Shown piece after piece: positions 7,121-10,363 of a stretch of 10,363 nt of DNA (its first letter is position 1; every line of letters begins with the position of its first letter). The stretch is from Candidatus Rokuibacteriota bacterium (GTDB lineage: Bacteria; Methylomirabilota; Methylomirabilia; Rokubacteriales; CSP1-6): NCBI GenBank assembly GCA_016184305.1, contig JACPCX010000103.1, positions 1-10,363 of the forward strand. The letters run 5' to 3'. The notes under the pieces were generated by a model. That model had not been told where the DNA came from. It saw only the letters and a program-made list of their open reading frames with translations, and searched no databases. A program made the translations under genes and the position numbers.

Positions 7121-8641
7121 ACCGGCCCGCTCCTGGTCGCGCAGGACCCGCCGCAGGAGCTTGCCGTTGGCCAGCTTGGGCAGTTCGGCCACGAACGCCA
7201 CCGCGCGAGGCACCTTGAAGCTGGCGAGGCGGTCCCGGCACCCGGCGATCACGGCCTCGGCGGTCGTCGACGTGCCCGGCCTGAGGACGACGAAGGCCTT
7301 GACGATCTCGCCCTTGACCGGGTCCGGCGCGCCGACCACGGCCGCCTCGTAGACCTCCGGCATGGCGTACAGGACCTCTTCCACCTCGCGCGGGTAAACG
7401 TTGTAGCCGGCGGTGATGATCAGATCGTCCTTGCGATCGACCAGGAAGTAGAAGCCGTCGGCGTCCTGGTAGGCGAGGTCGCCGGTGTGGAACCACCCTC
7501 CGCGGTAGTCGTGCGCGGTCTTGCTGGGCAGGCGCCAGAAGCCGGGCGGGATGGAGGGACCGCGCGCGAGCAGCTCGCCGACCGTCCCGGCAGGCACGGC
7601 ATGGCCGTCCTCGTCGACGATGGCCATCTCCATCTCGGGGAACGGCAGGCGCTTGCCGAGGGAGCCGTACCTCTGTGGCGCCGCGGGCTCCCAGAGGGGA
7701 GACGTGGTCGAGGCCCAGCCGGTGCATCCGTACCAGTCGACCACGACGACTCCGGTGCGGGCGATGAACTCGCGCTGGATCTCGACGGGGATGGGAGCGC
7801 CGCCCACCACCGCCAGGCGGAGCGAGGTGAGGTCGCGCCGCTCCAGGTCGATGTCGCGGGTGAGGTAGACGTACATGGTCGGCACGCCGGAGAAGACCGT
7901 GATGCGCTCGCGCTCGATGCGCCGGGCGACCTCCTCCACGTCCCACCGGGGCAGCAGGCGCAGGGTTGCGCCGGTGGCGCAGGCCACCAGGGTCATCATC
8001 AGGCCGAAGGTGTGGAAGATGGGCAGCGCCACCAGGTGGCGGTCGTCCTGGCGGAGCTGCCAGACCTGGACATGCCACTGCATCATGCCGACCCACCAGT
8101 TGCGGTGAGTGATCATCACGCCCTTGGCCCGGCCGGTGGTGCCGGAGGTGTAGTGAAGGGCGCAGAGATCGTCCGGGTCGCGCTCCACCAGCACCGGGGC
8201 GGCGGGCCGGGCGACCAGGTCGGCGAGGCGATGGCTGCCGAAGGGGACGGTGTCGGCCGCGACGATGAGGTGCTCGAGCTCGGGCGCATCGGGCCAGGCC
8301 AGGTCCAGCAGCGGCAGGAACTCGGGGTCGGCAATGATCACCCGGGAGGCGGCATTGCGCAGCACGTAGGAGATCTCGTCCTGCCTGTACATGGTGTTCA
8401 GCGGCGAGGCGACGCCGCCTGCCTTGATCGCCGCCCAGTAGCTGATCAGGAAGGCGATGGAGTTCGGCAGCATGATGCTGACCCGGTCGCCGGGGCGCAA
8501 CCCGAGGGCCTGGAGGGCTGCGGCGAGGTTGTCGGTCCGCCGGTCCAGCTCGCGCCAGGTGAGGCTCTCCTCGCCGAAGCAGACAGCCGCCCTGTCGGGC
8601 AGGCGCCGGGCGTTGTCCACCAGATACTGCGCCAGGTTCAT
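7106..8641 (-). CDS. AMP-dependent acyl-CoA synthetase (ANL superfamily, long-chain-fatty-acid--CoA ligase-like); substrate unknown
   Basis: P-loop HYTSGTTGRAKG, LPIFHTFG, GELLARGP, WFHTGDLA, VDRKDDLII.AGYNVYPREVE, C-terminal LPKLANGKL. RBS GGAGGAG (complement of 8651-8657). Confidence 0.93.
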   Translation of the reverse strand: MNLAQYLVDNARRLPDRAAVCFGEESLTWRELDRRTDNLAAALQALGLRPGDRVSIMLPNSIAFLISYWAAIKAGGVASPLNTMYRQDEISYVLRNAASRVIIADPEFLPLLDLAWPDAPELEHLIVAADTVPFGSHRLADLVARPAAPVLVERDPDDLCALHYTSGTTGRAKGVMITHRNWWVGMMQWHVQVWQLRQDDRHLVALPIFHTFGLMMTLVACATGATLRLLPRWDVEEVARRIERERITVFSGVPTMYVYLTRDIDLERRDLTSLRLAVVGGAPIPVEIQREFIARTGVVVVDWYGCTGWASTTSPLWEPAAPQRYGSLGKRLPFPEMEMAIVDEDGHAVPAGTVGELLARGPSIPPGFWRLPSKTAHDYRGGWFHTGDLAYQDADGFYFLVDRKDDLIITAGYNVYPREVEEVLYAMPEVYEAAVVGAPDPVKGEIVKAFVVLRPGTSTTAEAVIAGCRDRLASFKVPRAVAFVAELPKLANGKLLRRVLRDQERAGAARA

Positions 8642-8774
8642 GGCAACTCGCTCCTCCGTCGGCCCACAGGGGGGGGTTGAGCTGCGGGACGCGCCCTCTC
8701 TCTACCAGGATAGGGGGAGACTGTGACCCCCTGGGAGTCTAGAGCCTATTCCAGGACTTGGGAAGGGGCGCGAT

Positions 8775-8804
8775 TCGCCAGCCGGCGGGATGTTCTGGTA
8801 TCCT
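8775..8804 (+). promoter_or_regulatory. Putative sigma70-type promoter for ugd
   Basis: Extended -10 TGG-TATCCT (8796-8804) with weak -35 TCGCCA (8775-8780), 18-nt spacer, 23 nt upstream of the ugd ATG. Pattern match only. Confidence 0.4.
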
Positions 8805-8827
8805 GGTACTCCTTTGCGGGAGGGTTC

Positions 8828-10138
8828 ATGAACATCTGTGTCGTGGGTACGGGGTACGTGGGGCTGGTGACGGGCGCCGTGTTCGCCGACCTGGGCAACG
8901 ACGTCGTCTGCGTGGACAAGGTCGCCGCGAAGATCCAGTCGCTCCAGGCCGGGCGGATGCCGATCTACGAGCCCGGGCTCGAGGAGATGGTGGCCCGCAA
9001 CGTGGGCGACGGTCGGCTCGCCTTCACCATCGACCTGCCTGCGGCCGTGCGCCAGGCCGACGTCGTCTTCATCGCGGTGGGCACGCCCTCCCGCGACAAT
9101 GGCGAGACAGATCTGTCCCAGGTGGAGGCCGTGGCGGTCGAGATCGGCGGGGCCATGGACCGCTACAAGGTGGTGGTCAACAAGTCCACCGTGCCGGTGG
9201 GCACGGGCGAGCTCGTGCGGGAGGTCATCGCGCGCAGCCAGCCGCGCCCTGTCGACTTCGACGTGGTGTCGAACCCGGAGTTCCTGCGCGAGGGCTCGGC
9301 CATCGAGGACACCCTGCGCCCGGACCGCATCGTGATCGGCGCGCCGAACCAGCAAGTGGCCATGACCCTGGTGGAGCTCTACGCCCCGCTCGAGCGCCCC
9401 ATGATCATCACCGACCTGCCGTCGGCGGAGGTGATCAAGTACGCCTCCAACGCGTTCCTGGCCGCCAAGATCTCTTTCATCAACGCCATCGCGAACATCT
9501 GCGAGGCGGGGGGTGCGGACGTCCGCCAGGTGATGAAGGGGATGGGCCTCGACTCCCGGATCGGCTCGGCGTTCCTCCAGGCGGGGCTCGGCTACGGGGG
9601 GTCGTGCTTCCCCAAGGACGTGGACTCGCTCATCCACACGGCGGCCCGGCTCGGCTACGACTTCAAGCTGCTGAAGTCGGTGGCGGAGATCAACCGGGAG
9701 CGGGCCGGGCTCCTCGTGGAGGCGATCCGCAAGGCCCTGGGCCCCCTCGACGACAAGATCGTGGCCGTGCTGGGGCTGGCCTTCAAGCCCAACACGGACG
9801 ACATGCGCGAGGCCAAGAGCGTGGAGGTTATCGGCGCCCTCCGGGCGGCGGGCGCCGCCGTGACGGCCTACGATCCCGTGGCGACGGACAACGCGCGGGC
9901 GCTCCTCCCTCCGGATGTCGTCTTCTGCGCCTCGCCCTACGAGGCGGCGGACGGGGCGGATGCCGTCGTCCTGGTGACCGAGTGGAACGAGTTCCGCTTC
10001 TTGAACCTGGAGCGCCTCCGCGCCGTCCTGCGCCGTCCCGTGATCTTCGACGGGCGGAACCTCTGGGAGCCCGAGCGCATGCGCCGGCTGGGCTTCGAGT
10101 ACCACTCCATCGGGCGGAAGCCCGTGCTGCCGTCCTGA
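8828..10138 (+). CDS. ugd: UDP-glucose 6-dehydrogenase
   Basis: [12 protein letters not shown]ossmann start at ATG 8828 (GGGAGG just upstream); [40 protein letters not shown], catalytic [27 protein letters not shown]. Confidence 0.95.
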   Translation: MNICVVGTGYVGLVTGAVFADLGNDVVCVDKVAAKIQSLQAGRMPIYEPGLEEMVARNVGDGRLAFTIDLPAAVRQADVVFIAVGTPSRDNGETDLSQVEAVAVEIGGAMDRYKVVVNKSTVPVGTGELVREVIARSQPRPVDFDVVSNPEFLREGSAIEDTLRPDRIVIGAPNQQVAMTLVELYAPLERPMIITDLPSAEVIKYASNAFLAAKISFINAIANICEAGGADVRQVMKGMGLDSRIGSAFLQAGLGYGGSCFPKDVDSLIHTAARLGYDFKLLKSVAEINRERAGLLVEAIRKALGPLDDKIVAVLGLAFKPNTDDMREAKSVEVIGALRAAGAAVTAYDPVATDNARALLPPDVVFCASPYEAADGADAVVLVTEWNEFRFLNLERLRAVLRRPVIFDGRNLWEPERMRRLGFEYHSIGRKPVLPS

Positions 10139-10149
10139 GGGCCTGCGCC

Positions 10150-10363
10150 ATGCGCGTCCTCGTCACGGGCGGAGCCGGATTCATCGGGTCCCACCTCTGC
10201 GACTTCCTGCTCGCCCGGGGGTGCGACGTCCTCTGCGTCGACAACCTCCTGACCGGCTCTCTGGACAACATCGCCCACATCCGCGACGGGCGCTTCCTCT
10301 TCATCAAGCACGACGTGACCAACTACATCGTGGTGGACGGGCCGCTGGACTACGTGCTCCACG
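10150..10363 (+). CDS. NAD-dependent epimerase/dehydratase SDR, UDP-glucuronate decarboxylase (UXS)-like; truncated by the window end
   Basis: Translated by hand, not in the ORF track: [87 protein letters not shown] and HDVT fit the UXS subfamily; lies 11 nt after ugd. Confidence 0.85.
   Translation, partial: MRVLVTGGAGFIGSHLCDFLLARGCDVLCVDNLLTGSLDNIAHIRDGRFLFIKHDVTNYIVVDGPLDYVLH

Noticed and set aside
8723..8827. 35-aa N-terminal extension of Ugd from GTG 8723
   Set aside because: The family N-terminus begins at MNICVVG with an RBS; the upstream region looks like promoter sequence.

Overview
High-GC bacterial DNA, densely coding. 50-7082 (+) is one apparent operon for a caa3-type (A1) cytochrome c oxidase and its maturation: a small membrane protein resembling the subunit II transmembrane hairpin, then subunit II with a fused cytochrome c, subunits I, III and IV, CtaG, heme A synthase and heme O synthase. 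A convergent AMP-dependent acyl-CoA synthetase lies at 7106-8641 (-). Divergent from it, UDP-glucose 6-dehydrogenase (8828-10138) is followed by a truncated UDP-glucuronate decarboxylase-like SDR. The most unusual feature is a ~213-bp nested-palindromic, CTAG-bounded MITE-like element at the ctaA stop/ctaB start (5956-6168). It has no stop codon in the ctaB frame and may be translated as an N-terminal insert. Also notable are the stand-alone subunit-II-like hairpin protein, a ligase lacking the YGxTE glutamate, and a mirrored 10-bp motif in the divergent promoter region. All calls rest on motif recognition by eye; no searches were run.
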